A stretch of 63,563 bases of DNA, counting the filler, from an uncultured bacterium (GTDB lineage: Bacteria > CAYUVA01), in NCBI GenBank assembly GCA_964448115.1. It is 5 parts of 4 records of this genome, joined end to end, with 100 filler letters (N's around TTAATTAATTAA, not from the genome) between each part and the next. Parts side by side here need not be neighbours in the genome. Positions count along the whole stretch, not along the records: positions 8,364 to 23,051 come from CAYUVA010000007.1; positions 23,152 to 52,886 come from CAYUVA010000007.1; 3 more parts are not named here. One strand, written 5' to 3'. The notes beneath the pieces are model-generated. The model was not told the DNA's origin. It saw only the letters and a program-made list of their open reading frames with translations, and did not search any database. Numbering within the stretch: position 1 is the first letter of the stretch; the number at the start of each line of letters is the position of its first letter. Made by a program: the position numbers and the translations under genes. Below, piece after piece: positions 20,997 through 31,516 of this stretch.

Positions 20997-23051
20997 ATGT
21001 ATAGGTGGAAAGATACTATGCATCTGAAAGACTTATATTTCATAGGCATTTGTATCACAATAATTGCACTGTTCTTCCTAAGCGGTGCAGAAGCGAAGTA
21101 TCTCAGCGCTGGAATGCAGATTAACGATGACAATCCGGTGTTGAATGTCATCGAACACGACTCTCAACGCATTGTACTTGAGATCGTCGTGCCCGGCTTC
21201 TATTCTACTGAGCATAATATCAAGGGGGATGTTTACCAGTTCTTGCATATCGCCGGTGAGATGCACACTAGCGAGCCGGGCAAGCCGAAGCTCCCCACCA
21301 TTATACGCAAGATAGCCATCCCTGATGACAAGGATGTACAAGTCAGTATAATCCGCCAGGATGCCTTGAGTTATGAGGGTTTCAATGTCTTTCCAGTGGA
21401 GCGACCAACTACCGACTCTGTAAGTATAGATGACTTCGTAAAAGACGAGCAGTTTTATCGTCAACACACCATGTACCCTGCTAAGACAGTACGATACAAT
21501 GGACCCGGCATCTGGAGGGACTGTCGAATCATTGCCCTCAAATACACCCCATTTCAGTACAATCCTGCACAAAAGCTGCTTCGGTTTTATCCATATACCA
21601 GGATTGAGATAAGCTTCAGCGGTAAGTCAGATGTCAATGTGCTTGAGCGGAAAAGGTGGGAAATAAGACCTGGATTGTGGAAATCATACAAATACCTGAT
21701 CCTCAATTTCGAGCAGTACGCCAAGCAAAATGGCTTAAGAAAGCAGACCAGCAGCAAAAAAGCTACGCCCAAGTACCTTATCATCGGAACGGATGATCTC
21801 TGCTGCCATGTCGGCTCGCTGGTCGATTGGCGAACCAAGAGCGGCATTTACACCATCACAGAGCGCTTATCCAATATCGGCAGCACTGCCGAGGCTATTA
21901 AGAACTATATTACTCAGCAATATAACGACAACGGCATCGAGTATGTGCTTCTGGTTGGGGATGTGGATGATCTGCCGGCATATAATGGCTATGGCTTTTT
22001 ATCTGATCACTGGTACACCTTGATCGAGGGTGATGATCTGTATTCTGATATCAATATCGGCAGAATAGTCGCCCTGACTGCTATGCAGGTTCAGCACCAG
22101 ATAAACAAGGTGCTCAACTACGAGCTGGATCCAGTGGTTGGCGACTGGCCTAAAAGGACTATACTGGCAGCCCATGAACAAAGCTACCCCGGCAAATATA
22201 CCGAGTGCAAGGAGCAGATACGGACTTACAATTATAACTTCGTGCAACCTATCTTCGATACCGCATATCCCCCAGAGGGCGGTAATAATGAACAGGTGGA
22301 GGCTGCTATCAATCAAGGGAGGGGTATCACCAACTATCGGGGACATGGTGATACAACCTCCTGGTCATGGGCGCCGCAATGGACAAAATCAAACATCAAT
22401 CGACTCAACAACGCGGGCAAGCTATCGGTGGTGCTCAATATCTGCTGTTTGAATGCTGCCATGGATTCAAGCAGCGAAACCCTGGCTGAAAGCTGGGGCT
22501 ACGGACAATACGGAGCTGTGGGAAACCTGGCTGCTACTGACCCATCCTACACGGTGGAGAATCATACCTTCGACAAGGAGATCTACAAGGCAGTTTATGA
22601 CCAGGGCGTGCGCAACATCATGGATGTAATCAATATCGCCAAGAATGTTATTATTGACCAAAGCTCCAATGGACAGACCAATGCAAAGATGTATTTGTGG
22701 CTTGGAGATCCAGCTAATATGATCTGGTCGAACAGCCAAAGACCGGTTACAGTGGAACATAGCGGGATGGTGCCTATCGGCGAATCCGAATTTGAGGTTA
22801 CCGTTACCACCATGACCCAGATGCCGGTGGAAAACGCCCAAGTCTGCCTATGGCAGGATGAGAATGCTTACTACACGGGATTTACAGACAGCTTTGGCAT
22901 AGCAACTATACCAGTCAACCCAACGGAAGTGGGTATGATGAGTATATGCGTAACCGGGCAGAACATACTTCCTTATGAGGCGACCATACCTACTATGGTG
23001 TCCGGATGCGGAATGATTACAATAAAAGGAAGCACACATAGCTGCACCGAC
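20997..23051 (+). CDS. C25 family (gingipain-like) cysteine peptidase with propeptide, 3'-truncated by gap
   Basis: Signal peptide, PGKPKLP propeptide, YVLLVGD, SDHWY, IGRI, YRGHG (His), ICCLN (Cys), WLGDP. Confidence 0.88.
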
Positions 23052-23151
23052 NNNNNNNNNNNNNNNNNNNNNNNNNNNNNNNNNNNNNNNNNNNNTTAAT
23101 TAATTAANNNNNNNNNNNNNNNNNNNNNNNNNNNNNNNNNNNNNNNNNNNN
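23052..23151. other. Artificial contig linker
   Basis: N44-TTAATTAATTAA-N44. Confidence 0.97.
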
Positions 23152-23333
23152 ATAATCCAGCTCTGGTTGCCCTGGGCATTTCAGAAGCGCTAATAACCAC
23201 CGCCACCGGTCTTGCCATCGCCGTTCCCATTCAGTTCTTCTATAATGCCTTTGTGAATCATGTAAACAAGCTCACCATTGAGATGGAAGAGATTGCTAAT
23301 ATGATCATCGATCGAACACCGGATGTGGAATAA
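23152..23333 (+). CDS. exbB: MotA/TolQ/ExbB proton channel, C-terminal fragment
   Basis: Hand translation NPALVALGISEALITTATGLAIAVPIQFFYN...; directly upstream of exbD. Confidence 0.88.
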
Positions 23334-23351
23334 AAGGAGTGATCGGAGGCA

Positions 23352-23756
23352 ATGAAGTATCAGCGCAAGATGAAAGTAGAGTCAAAGATCCCCAGCGCCT
23401 CCATGGCTGATATCGCCTTTTTGCTCATCGTATTTTTCATGGTAACCACGACCTTCAGCAAGGACAAGACAACCGTAAACCTGCCAAAATCGCAGTATCG
23501 CGTGGAGATCCCCAAGAACGCTACCATCATATCCATAAAAGAGGACCTCAGCATCCACTTCGACGGAGATCCAATTACCTTGACCGATATATACCCTCGG
23601 GCGGCGCTTTTAATCAAGGACAATCCTCACAAGCAGTTTGTGATCAAATGCGATGAGAAGGTAAAATACAGGTATCTTGACGATGTACTCGATCAACTAA
23701 GAGAGGCAAAGGTGGTCAATATAAACCTACCAACTTTGCAGGAAATCGAGGAGTAA
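23352..23756 (+). CDS. exbD: Biopolymer transport protein ExbD
   Basis: SMADIAFLLIVFFMVTT TM with conserved Asp; IKCDEKV. Confidence 0.92.
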   Translation: MKYQRKMKVESKIPSASMADIAFLLIVFFMVTTTFSKDKTTVNLPKSQYRVEIPKNATIISIKEDLSIHFDGDPITLTDIYPRAALLIKDNPHKQFVIKCDEKVKYRYLDDVLDQLREAKVVNINLPTLQEIEE

Positions 23757-23776
23757 TCAAGGGGAGCTGATTATAT

Positions 23777-24199
23777 ATGAAGATAAAACGAAGAATGCAG
23801 GTTACCAGCGAGATCCCTAGCGCCTCCATGGCTGATGTAGCCTTCTTGTTAATAGTCTTTTTCATGGTAACTACAGTCTTTGCAGCCAGGAAAGGCATCG
23901 ATTTCGCACTGCCCAAGGATGATCCCGAAAAGGCTACTGCCGAGATACATGCCGTCTATATCTACATCGCCCCCGGGTGCGAGATAAGCCTGGACAGAAG
24001 CCCAGCCAACCTTAGCGACATTCAGCCTTATATAAAGCCAAAACTGGACATCAATCCTAACAAGTTCGTCATCGTGCACACGGATCCAGAGGCTGAATAT
24101 GGATGCACAATCGATGTCTTGGATGAGCTTAAGCAGCTTGGAGTAAAGAACATCGCATTGCCGGCAAAGGAAGAAATCTCTTCATGGGGGGCTATGTAA
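23777..24199 (+). CDS. exbD: Biopolymer transport protein ExbD (second copy)
   Basis: SMADVAFLLIVFFMVTT; DPEAEYG...VLDELK. Confidence 0.92.
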   Translation: MKIKRRMQVTSEIPSASMADVAFLLIVFFMVTTVFAARKGIDFALPKDDPEKATAEIHAVYIYIAPGCEISLDRSPANLSDIQPYIKPKLDINPNKFVIVHTDPEAEYGCTIDVLDELKQLGVKNIALPAKEEISSWGAM

Positions 24200-24200
24200 A

Positions 24201-24938
24201 TTGGAGACCCAGGGACAGGAACCGACTCGACACAAACATAGACAATCAGAACCTCTTTTCATCTTTGATGAAGAATACAGGGAAAAGATAAGGAAAGAGG
24301 AAAAAAATATCCTCGAATGGGCTATTTTCATCGCCATCATCATCCATATAGTTCTGCTATACATGGTCTGGCCTAAGTTCGGCGGCTTCAAGGGGAGCAC
24401 CGCGCGCGAGTATAAAAGACCAATAGTCTTTGTGCCGCTTCCAAAGAAGGAACAACCCACCCCTGAGGTGAAAAAGAAGAAAAGGGAAAAAAGAAAGCCA
24501 AAACCTATTCCAGACCCCAATCCTGAAGAGCCAGAGGAGATATACGAGTGGGAGCCGGAGGAACCGGATCCAATAGAAATCCCAGAGGATGCTATCGTAC
24601 TGTTCGGAGAACCGCAGGGACCACCGGTAAGCACAGGTCCACAAAGAGGCTACACAAATCCGCCTAAGATCATACCTAGCACAAAAGTGGAGCCGAAGTA
24701 CCCGGAGATCTTAAGACAAACCAGGATCGAAGGGTCTGTACTTCTTGAGGTTGTTATATTAAAAGACGGCACTATAGACCCCAATCAGATCACTGTTATA
24801 CGAAGCTCGCATGAGTACTTCGAGCAGGAGGCTATAAAAGCGGTGAAAAAATGGAGATTCAAGCCTGCTCTGCAGAACGGCATCCCGGTCGATGTGTACT
24901 TCTATCTCGAGGTGCAGTTTACTCTACGCAAGAGGTAA
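24201..24938 (+). CDS. tonB: Energy transducer TonB
   Basis: TM with His, Pro/Lys/Glu linker, PKYP...IEGSV...WRFKPA. Confidence 0.9.
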   Translation: METQGQEPTRHKHRQSEPLFIFDEEYREKIRKEEKNILEWAIFIAIIIHIVLLYMVWPKFGGFKGSTAREYKRPIVFVPLPKKEQPTPEVKKKKREKRKPKPIPDPNPEEPEEIYEWEPEEPDPIEIPEDAIVLFGEPQGPPVSTGPQRGYTNPPKIIPSTKVEPKYPEILRQTRIEGSVLLEVVILKDGTIDPNQITVIRSSHEYFEQEAIKAVKKWRFKPALQNGIPVDVYFYLEVQFTLRKR

Positions 24939-24948
24939 TCCTGGCTGG

Positions 24949-27132
24949 CTATTTTAATTGCTGCTGATTCTCCACTTCTTCGGAAGGTTCAGTCTTTGGC
25001 ACTGGTTTACTTGGATGGCTTGAAGGCTGCAAACCCTCTATCCTAAGTTTGGTCTTGTATATCTTTTGCTTTAATTCGACATTGTCTGGAGCATTCTTTA
25101 GGGCTATGTTATAGAACCTCAGCGCCTTCTGGTAATCATCGTTGATAAAAGCCTTGTCCCCCCAAGCCTCGAACCAGTCATCGTAGTGAGTCTCCGCATA
25201 ATAAAGAAGCCCGCCAAATATTATCAGAAAGAAAAAGGCGATAAACCCGATGCGAATATATTTCGCTTTTTTAGGAGAGATGCTAATTACTTGATCCTCT
25301 CTCTCCTGTTCATCGAGCAGTTTCTGTTCCTTTTGGCGCTTGCTCTCCAACGTATCCCTTTCTTTTTGTATTTCCTCCTCGCTCTTGGCGGGGATGTCAA
25401 ACTTCTTATGGATCACCACCTGGCTAGCATCATAACGATCATATATATCCTCGCTCGGCAGTGTTTCACTGGATAGCTGTTCACCCTCTTGAGCAGTCTC
25501 GGTCCCTTCAACAGGGTCCAATGCCTCGGTTTCGGTATATTCTTCATCTTCACCGTATTCTTCGGTGTCCTCCAGTGCATCATCTATCATAGCCTTATCG
25601 ATAACCGTATCAGTAGGGATCTCCTCGGATAGCTTCACCTCTTCGGCAAGATCGAGACCTTTTTCTTCCTGATCCTGTTCATCTGTGTAGGATTCAGATC
25701 CCTCTTGAGAAGTGCTTACCTCAATTTGCTCGGTTGATACCGATTCCGAGGCGGCGATTTCTTCCTCGATTTGTGAGATCCTTTTTTCCTCCCAATCCTC
25801 GTCCTCGTCTTCTTCCGAAAGGGCTTCTCCTTCCATCTCCTCGATACTTTCCTGTTCATCCTCAAAGAAATGTTGGACATCCTGCAAAGAGTAGCTTATC
25901 GGTTGTTCGTCTTCGTCCTCGGCTAGCTCGCTTTCGCTGGATTCATCCTCGATTCCTATAGAAGATCTTATTGCTTCGAGTTCTTCCTCGCTTACCTCTA
26001 TGTCAAAAGGTTTCTTGTCTTCTTCAGTTGTATCTTTTGGGGGCGCAGTTTCTTGTTGAGCTTCCTGGTAGGTCTCTTCATCTGCCCCTAAGCTCTCGGT
26101 AGGTTCAGAAAATATTTCGCCAAGCTCCGAGTCGAGCGATTGGCTTGCTTGTTTGTCTATATCCTCTTTGACCGCCTGGTCGAACTGCTCGTAATCAAGC
26201 ATAGTAATGGACAGGGTCTTGGCAAACTCGGAACCTAGCTGTTTTAGCTCCTCTTGCTCACTCTCAAGGTCGCCAGCGATGAGGTCCTCCATGAAGTATT
26301 TAACCGCTGAGCGATCCCTGGAGAAGTAAGGTTGCATCAGCGTTTCCATCTTGTGGTAGAGCTTTTCAGGGCTGTCTAAGCGATTTCCAGGGTCAGCGAC
26401 CAGGCAGCCTTTGAGCAGCTCAAGCAGATCGGGCATAAATTCCTGCATGCCGAAATCTCTCAGGATCTTTGTGCTCTGTTGCTCAAAATCCTGCTCAACA
26501 TGATACTGTTCATTAGCCAATACATAGAATCCCAGCGCGGCAACCGAGTATATATCAGACGATCGGCAAAGAGCTTGTCCGGCAAGGATCTCCGGAGCCA
26601 TGAAAGGTCTATCTAGCGCATCCGGTTCGATGCCGCAGGAAAGGGCAGTGGCTGCTAAATGAAAGTCGGTGAGAACGAACTCGAGTTTAGCAGGGATGAA
26701 TATGCTCCTCGGGGAGATGCCGCCGTGCATTATTCCTTGCTCATGGAATCTTTTTATCGCCTTGGCTAGCGAGTAGAGAGATATCAGCGCTAAGTCAAGT
26801 GGCGGACGAGTATTCGACTGCGCAAGCTGGTCCAAGATGGTTGACAATCGTGTGCCTGGCACATATTCCTCGCCAACATAGCCTTCTTGATTGAAGGTGC
26901 CGAAGTCGAATATGCGGCAAGCCTGGTCTATCTTTTTGTCAGCAACAGACTCGAGCCTTTCAAAATACTTGGAAAGGAATCCTGTATTATTTAAACGGGG
27001 ATGAAATTTCTTCAGCACAGCAAACCTGCCATAATGCCTGCGATAGACATGCACGCACAGGTAGGAATCGTAGTAATAAGCCGATCTTATTCCCTTCTGG
27101 ATATAGTAATCTTTAAACGACAGGTTCTCCAT
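24949..27132 (-). CDS. Ser/Thr kinase-like pseudokinase with acidic linker, single TM and C-terminal TPR
   Basis: VLKK, EYVPG, FMAPE, SDIYS retained; HRD replaced by HGG and DFG by DFH; long E/D-rich region; TM near C-terminus. Confidence 0.75.
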   Translation of the reverse strand: MENLSFKDYYIQKGIRSAYYYDSYLCVHVYRRHYGRFAVLKKFHPRLNNTGFLSKYFERLESVADKKIDQACRIFDFGTFNQEGYVGEEYVPGTRLSTILDQLAQSNTRPPLDLALISLYSLAKAIKRFHEQGIMHGGISPRSIFIPAKLEFVLTDFHLAATALSCGIEPDALDRPFMAPEILAGQALCRSSDIYSVAALGFYVLANEQYHVEQDFEQQSTKILRDFGMQEFMPDLLELLKGCLVADPGNRLDSPEKLYHKMETLMQPYFSRDRSAVKYFMEDLIAGDLESEQEELKQLGSEFAKTLSITMLDYEQFDQAVKEDIDKQASQSLDSELGEIFSEPTESLGADEETYQEAQQETAPPKDTTEEDKKPFDIEVSEEELEAIRSSIGIEDESSESELAEDEDEQPISYSLQDVQHFFEDEQESIEEMEGEALSEEDEDEDWEEKRISQIEEEIAASESVSTEQIEVSTSQEGSESYTDEQDQEEKGLDLAEEVKLSEEIPTDTVIDKAMIDDALEDTEEYGEDEEYTETEALDPVEGTETAQEGEQLSSETLPSEDIYDRYDASQVVIHKKFDIPAKSEEEIQKERDTLESKRQKEQKLLDEQEREDQVISISPKKAKYIRIGFIAFFFLIIFGGLLYYAETHYDDWFEAWGDKAFINDDYQKALRFYNIALKNAPDNVELKQKIYKTKLRIEGLQPSSHPSKPVPKTEPSEEVENQQQLK

Positions 27133-27147
27133 ATCCTGCCTGCTCCC

Positions 27148-27939
27148 TTAGCTTCCCGGTTGTTCCAAAGTTAAGCTTATAGCTGCAAAAAGCGCAAAAC
27201 TTCCAATAATGATCATACAATACCTGAAAATATTTTTAAACTGCGGATTGAATCTTAATAAGTCCCTGCCGTATAACAAGATATAAATACCAGCAATAAA
27301 AGGCAGCGCAGGTATGGGGGTCTGGAATAATGCAGCAGCAAGCAGCGCGATAGGCAAACCAAGATACATAAGCGAAAGTCCACCTTTTACCTCAAATCCC
27401 ATCAAAACAGAGCAACGATAAAATATAACCAGAAAGATCAGGTCGCCTAAAGCAAAAACCGGCTCGATAAGCTCCGTGCCCCATAAAGGAAAACGAAAGG
27501 TTACCAGGTAGGTTATGGGATCATAAGTGGAGGCTATTTTCCCCGGTCCAAGTAGCAATCCCACAGGATCGATGATGGCAACGCTTATAACAATAGCGAT
27601 CAACAGTTCAACCGAGCGAATGTATCCGGCTGCTATAAGTCCCCCTACTATGCAGAAATAAAGCAGGAAAAGGCTTGAGAGACCATGAAACTCGAAAAGG
27701 ATACCGAATAAGATCTCAGCGACCGCAGAGATCAGAAGCACCATAGCGCCACGCTTTGTATCTAGCCTAAGCAACGGCAGGTACTTTAGGCATATAAATA
27801 TGATCGACATACATAACAGGCTGCTTAAAAGATACTCGACCATTCCATGGCTCAATGGGGGCAATCCAGGCGCAAGCAGGGCAAAACCATAATATCCCGA
27901 TATCCATACCAGACCAATAATAAAAAGATACAATGCCAT
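27148..27939 (-). CDS. Polytopic membrane protein, GxGD/presenilin-SPP-like aspartic protease candidate
   Basis: TM-embedded IID, FALGDLIF and PIPALPF in the order YD / GxGD / PAL. Confidence 0.5.
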   Translation of the reverse strand: MALYLFIIGLVWISGYYGFALLAPGLPPLSHGMVEYLLSSLLCMSIIFICLKYLPLLRLDTKRGAMVLLISAVAEILFGILFEFHGLSSLFLLYFCIVGGLIAAGYIRSVELLIAIVISVAIIDPVGLLLGPGKIASTYDPITYLVTFRFPLWGTELIEPVFALGDLIFLVIFYRCSVLMGFEVKGGLSLMYLGLPIALLAAALFQTPIPALPFIAGIYILLYGRDLLRFNPQFKNIFRYCMIIIGSFALFAAISLTLEQPGS

Positions 27940-27963
27940 TATTAAGCCTTATATTGGCAAGAT

Positions 27964-29157
27964 TTACCCATTATCTCCTTGGGAACGATGCCTTTTGGGC
28001 ACGGTAGCCCTTATGACCTCCTCGTATATCAGCTTCATCGGAATGCCGAGTCGATTAGCCAGCTCCTTAACTGATTCGTACTCCGGCGTTATGGCGTGGA
28101 TCTCTTTTCCGCGATAAGATTTTTTAACCTTTACCCTGCCATAGACGGTGTCAACATAGGATTGTTCACGGCGCAGGGTCTTGCGATGTACTTCCCTAAG
28201 TCGCACACCTAGCGTTGAGGTGTGAAGAAATATCAGGTCCACCAAGTCCTCGACATCGTCCTTTCTTGCCATTACCTGCAACAAAAGTCCCGGGCGGGAT
28301 TTCTTCATGATCATCGGAATGATGCATGCGTCTAAGGCATTATGCTCGAAAAGAACATCCATGAGGTTACCGTATAGCTCCGGATTCATGTCATCTATAT
28401 TAGTCTCAATAAGTGTAACACTGGATAGTTTAAGCTCGTCCTCATGTAATCCGATCACTACCCGCAGCAGATTCGGTATCTGGGGCAGATCTGCCTTTCC
28501 AGCGCCGTAGCCGATCCTCTCCGCCTTAATGGGTGGCATGTCGGTGAAGCGATGGGCAAAGGTCTTTGCAATTGCTGCCCCGGTGGGGGTGGTAAGCTCT
28601 TTTTTAACATCCAGGCTATAGATGGGCACTCCTTTGAGTATCTCCAGGGTCGCTGGTGCAGGCACCGGCAGTACACCGTGAGCCGTATCAACCATTCCAG
28701 AACCTACATGTATCGGCGAGCAGTAGAGCTTTTCGATCCCAAGCCTGCTAACCAGGATCGCTGCCCCTGCCGCATCTATTACCGTATCCAGACCACCGAT
28801 CTCATGAAAATGTACCTCGGATATATCGACTCCATGCACCACCGATTCTGCCTTGGCGATAGTCTTCAAGATTTTGCTGGAGATGGTTATTACCGATTCG
28901 GGGAGATCACTTTCATGCAGGATCTGTTTTAATTGATGATAACTTCTATGTTTTGCCTCATCGCTTGATTCCACGAGCATTTGAGTGGCGCTGATGCCAT
29001 TTTTCCTTACCTTATGAAAAATGACTCTGGTGCCAGGAAGATGTAACTTATCCAGTTCAGCAATGATCCAACCTGGGTCATCTAGGCAATCGATAAAGGC
29101 GCTTAGGAACATATCGCCACTGATTCCACAGAAGCAATCAAGGTATGCTGTCCTCAT
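27964..29157 (-). CDS. larC: Nickel pincer cofactor biosynthesis protein LarC
   Basis: YLDCFCGISGDM, VHFHEIG, AHGVLPVPAPAT, ELTTPTG, ETNIDDM, MKKSRPG. Confidence 0.93.
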   Translation of the reverse strand: MRTAYLDCFCGISGDMFLSAFIDCLDDPGWIIAELDKLHLPGTRVIFHKVRKNGISATQMLVESSDEAKHRSYHQLKQILHESDLPESVITISSKILKTIAKAESVVHGVDISEVHFHEIGGLDTVIDAAGAAILVSRLGIEKLYCSPIHVGSGMVDTAHGVLPVPAPATLEILKGVPIYSLDVKKELTTPTGAAIAKTFAHRFTDMPPIKAERIGYGAGKADLPQIPNLLRVVIGLHEDELKLSSVTLIETNIDDMNPELYGNLMDVLFEHNALDACIIPMIMKKSRPGLLLQVMARKDDVEDLVDLIFLHTSTLGVRLREVHRKTLRREQSYVDTVYGRVKVKKSYRGKEIHAITPEYESVKELANRLGIPMKLIYEEVIRATVPKRHRSQGDNG

Positions 29158-29312
29158 GGTTTCTTTCTCCTTTAATATGCTTAAACAGCATCCGTGAATG
29201 CTTTATATATCGAAGGTTTATTATTTTCAATGATAACTAAAACAACTCATAGAGACCATTAGCGAGACTACACCAGGGGCAAAGAATGGAACAGTTTGTG
29301 CATAATACTTGT

Positions 29313-29341
29313 TAGACAAGCAGGTTCTAATGTAATATACT
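29313..29341 (+). promoter_or_regulatory. Sigma70-like promoter for tRNA-Leu/tig operon
   Basis: TAGACA-17 nt-TATACT, ending 17 nt before the tRNA. Confidence 0.6.
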
Positions 29342-29357
29342 TATAAATCTTGGCTAG

Positions 29358-29439
<82 letters not shown>

Positions 29440-29474
29440 CTAGAGTTGACCAACCATAAGCTGGAAGGACAGCA

Positions 29475-30782
29475 ATGAAACTAGAGACTATCGAAGAAAA
29501 GGAACTCTACAAGAAATTCAGGGCAGTAATTCCTAAAGAGACAGTCGATGAGGAGCTGGAGAAGATCTTCATCAAATATCGTAACCAGATGGAGATCCCC
29601 GGCTTCAGGAAAGGCAAGGCTCCATTATCCCTGGTGAAAAGGCATAAGAAGCAAGAAGCCGAGGAGGAACTTAAGACCTCGTTGATGACCACTCACTTCA
29701 GCGAGGCTTACGAACAGACCGGCTTAACCCCGGCAGTTATGCCGTCCATAGATGAGTCGGAGCTGAAAGAGGACGGGAGCTTCGAGTTTACATTTGGCAT
29801 CCATTATATAGGTGAGATTGAGCCTGCTCAGTATAAGGGAGTTACGGTCGATATCCCCGAATTTGAGGTCAGCGAGGAGGAGATGAATCGACAACTACGC
29901 ATCCTTCAGGAAAGACAGGCACAGGCTATCCCAAAGGAGGAGGACCCTGTAGAGGAGGGAGACCTGGTTGTCTTTAGCCTCTCTGGAAAGATCGGCGACA
30001 TCAAGGTTGAGCCTTCTCAGCCGCAGATCCTTCAAACTGTTGTCGGCACCGACCGCATCTTCAGCGGCACCAAGTTCGAGGATAACTTCATCGGGATGAA
30101 AATCGGGGATATTAAGGATATAGAGCTGACTCTGCCCGACGATTATTACGATAACAAGCTAGCTGGCAAGAACTGCAAGGTTCATATCAAGGTCAAGGAG
30201 ATCAAACAGATCAAGTTCCCCGCGTTGAACGATGAGTTCGCTAGATCATTCAAGGACATAGAGAATATGGAATCGCTGAGGAATTGGATCAAAGAACAAC
30301 TGAGGAAGGAGCACGATAAAAATACCAAGGAAAGAATCCCTAATATGGTAGTAGATAAGGTTGTTAGCGATAGCGTTGTCAAGTTCCCTGAGTCCATGGT
30401 CGATGAACAATTCAAGCGCGATTTCCCGAATGTGGATAGTTCAAACCAGTACTATGAGATCTACCGCAAGATAACGAAAAACAAGATAAAATCGTACCTA
30501 GTTTTGAATAAAATAGCCCAGGAGGAGAATATCGAGGTCTCTGAGGCAGAGGCTGAGGATGCCCTTGCCAGGGAGGCTGCGGAAAAGAAGACCACTGCCG
30601 CTGCCTTAAAAGAGGAACTGGTAAGCGAGGATGGTTGGGATGATTATCTTAACGACCTTAAGATGGAAAAGGTGAAAAGGTTTATTTTTGAGAACTCGAC
30701 ACATTACCAGCCCCCGCAGATGGTGGAGGATGTTCCCGGTGCACAGGAGGACAGCCGGGATGACAACAAACAGGAGGAATGA
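29475..30782 (+). CDS. tig: Trigger factor
   Basis: IPGFRKGKAP ribosome-binding motif, FKBP-like middle domain, LNDEFA. Confidence 0.93.
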   Translation: MKLETIEEKELYKKFRAVIPKETVDEELEKIFIKYRNQMEIPGFRKGKAPLSLVKRHKKQEAEEELKTSLMTTHFSEAYEQTGLTPAVMPSIDESELKEDGSFEFTFGIHYIGEIEPAQYKGVTVDIPEFEVSEEEMNRQLRILQERQAQAIPKEEDPVEEGDLVVFSLSGKIGDIKVEPSQPQILQTVVGTDRIFSGTKFEDNFIGMKIGDIKDIELTLPDDYYDNKLAGKNCKVHIKVKEIKQIKFPALNDEFARSFKDIENMESLRNWIKEQLRKEHDKNTKERIPNMVVDKVVSDSVVKFPESMVDEQFKRDFPNVDSSNQYYEIYRKITKNKIKSYLVLNKIAQEENIEVSEAEAEDALAREAAEKKTTAAALKEELVSEDGWDDYLNDLKMEKVKRFIFENSTHYQPPQMVEDVPGAQEDSRDDNKQEE

Positions 30783-30886
30783 GTATCCTAAGGTATTCTG
30801 AAATATATCTATGGTTTCTTGATCAGGGCCATTATCTTGGCTATAAGTATTGATGTAAAACGATGAATAATCCTGGAGATGAAAGA

Positions 30887-31516
30887 ATGGTCGGTACAAT
30901 ACCGTTTGTCATAGAACAGACCAGCAGGGGAGATCGCTCTTATGATATCTTCTCTCGTCTGCTGAAGGATAACATAATCTTCATTGGTCAGCCGATCGAT
31001 GACTGGATATCGAACCTTACAATCGCACAGCTTCTGTATCTGGAAGCAGAAGATCCAGAGAAGGACATCTCTTTGTACCTTAACAATCCGGGGGGCATTA
31101 TCACCGCAGGCTTGGCGATCTATGACACTATGCAATATATTCGTCCCCCTGTCTCAACTATATGTATCGGTCAGGCAGCCTCGATGGGAGCGGTGTTGTT
31201 GGCTGCCGGCGCCAAGGGTAAGCGGTTTGCCTTGCCTCATGCTCGCATAATGATCCACCAGCCTATGGGTGGATTCCAGGGACAGGCTAGCGACATTGAG
31301 ATACACTCAAAGGAGATCCTACGCATAAGGGAGGAGATCAATCAGATACTCGCCTCTCATACCGGGCAATCAGTTGAAAAGATCCGCCGCGACTCTGAAC
31401 GAGACTTCTTTATGACCGCACAACAGGCACTCGATTATGGAATTATCGATAAGGTAATCCAGGCACATGAGGTGCCGCTTAGAGGCAAGGAGGAAGAAAG
31501 CTCTAATGATGTTTGA
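30887..31516 (+). CDS. clpP: ATP-dependent Clp protease proteolytic subunit
   Basis: [15 protein letters not shown] (Ser), IMIHQP (His), ERDFFM; start 30887 chosen from the GGAG RBS. Confidence 0.96.
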   Translation: MVGTIPFVIEQTSRGDRSYDIFSRLLKDNIIFIGQPIDDWISNLTIAQLLYLEAEDPEKDISLYLNNPGGIITAGLAIYDTMQYIRPPVSTICIGQAASMGAVLLAAGAKGKRFALPHARIMIHQPMGGFQGQASDIEIHSKEILRIREEINQILASHTGQSVEKIRRDSERDFFMTAQQALDYGIIDKVIQAHEVPLRGKEEESSNDV

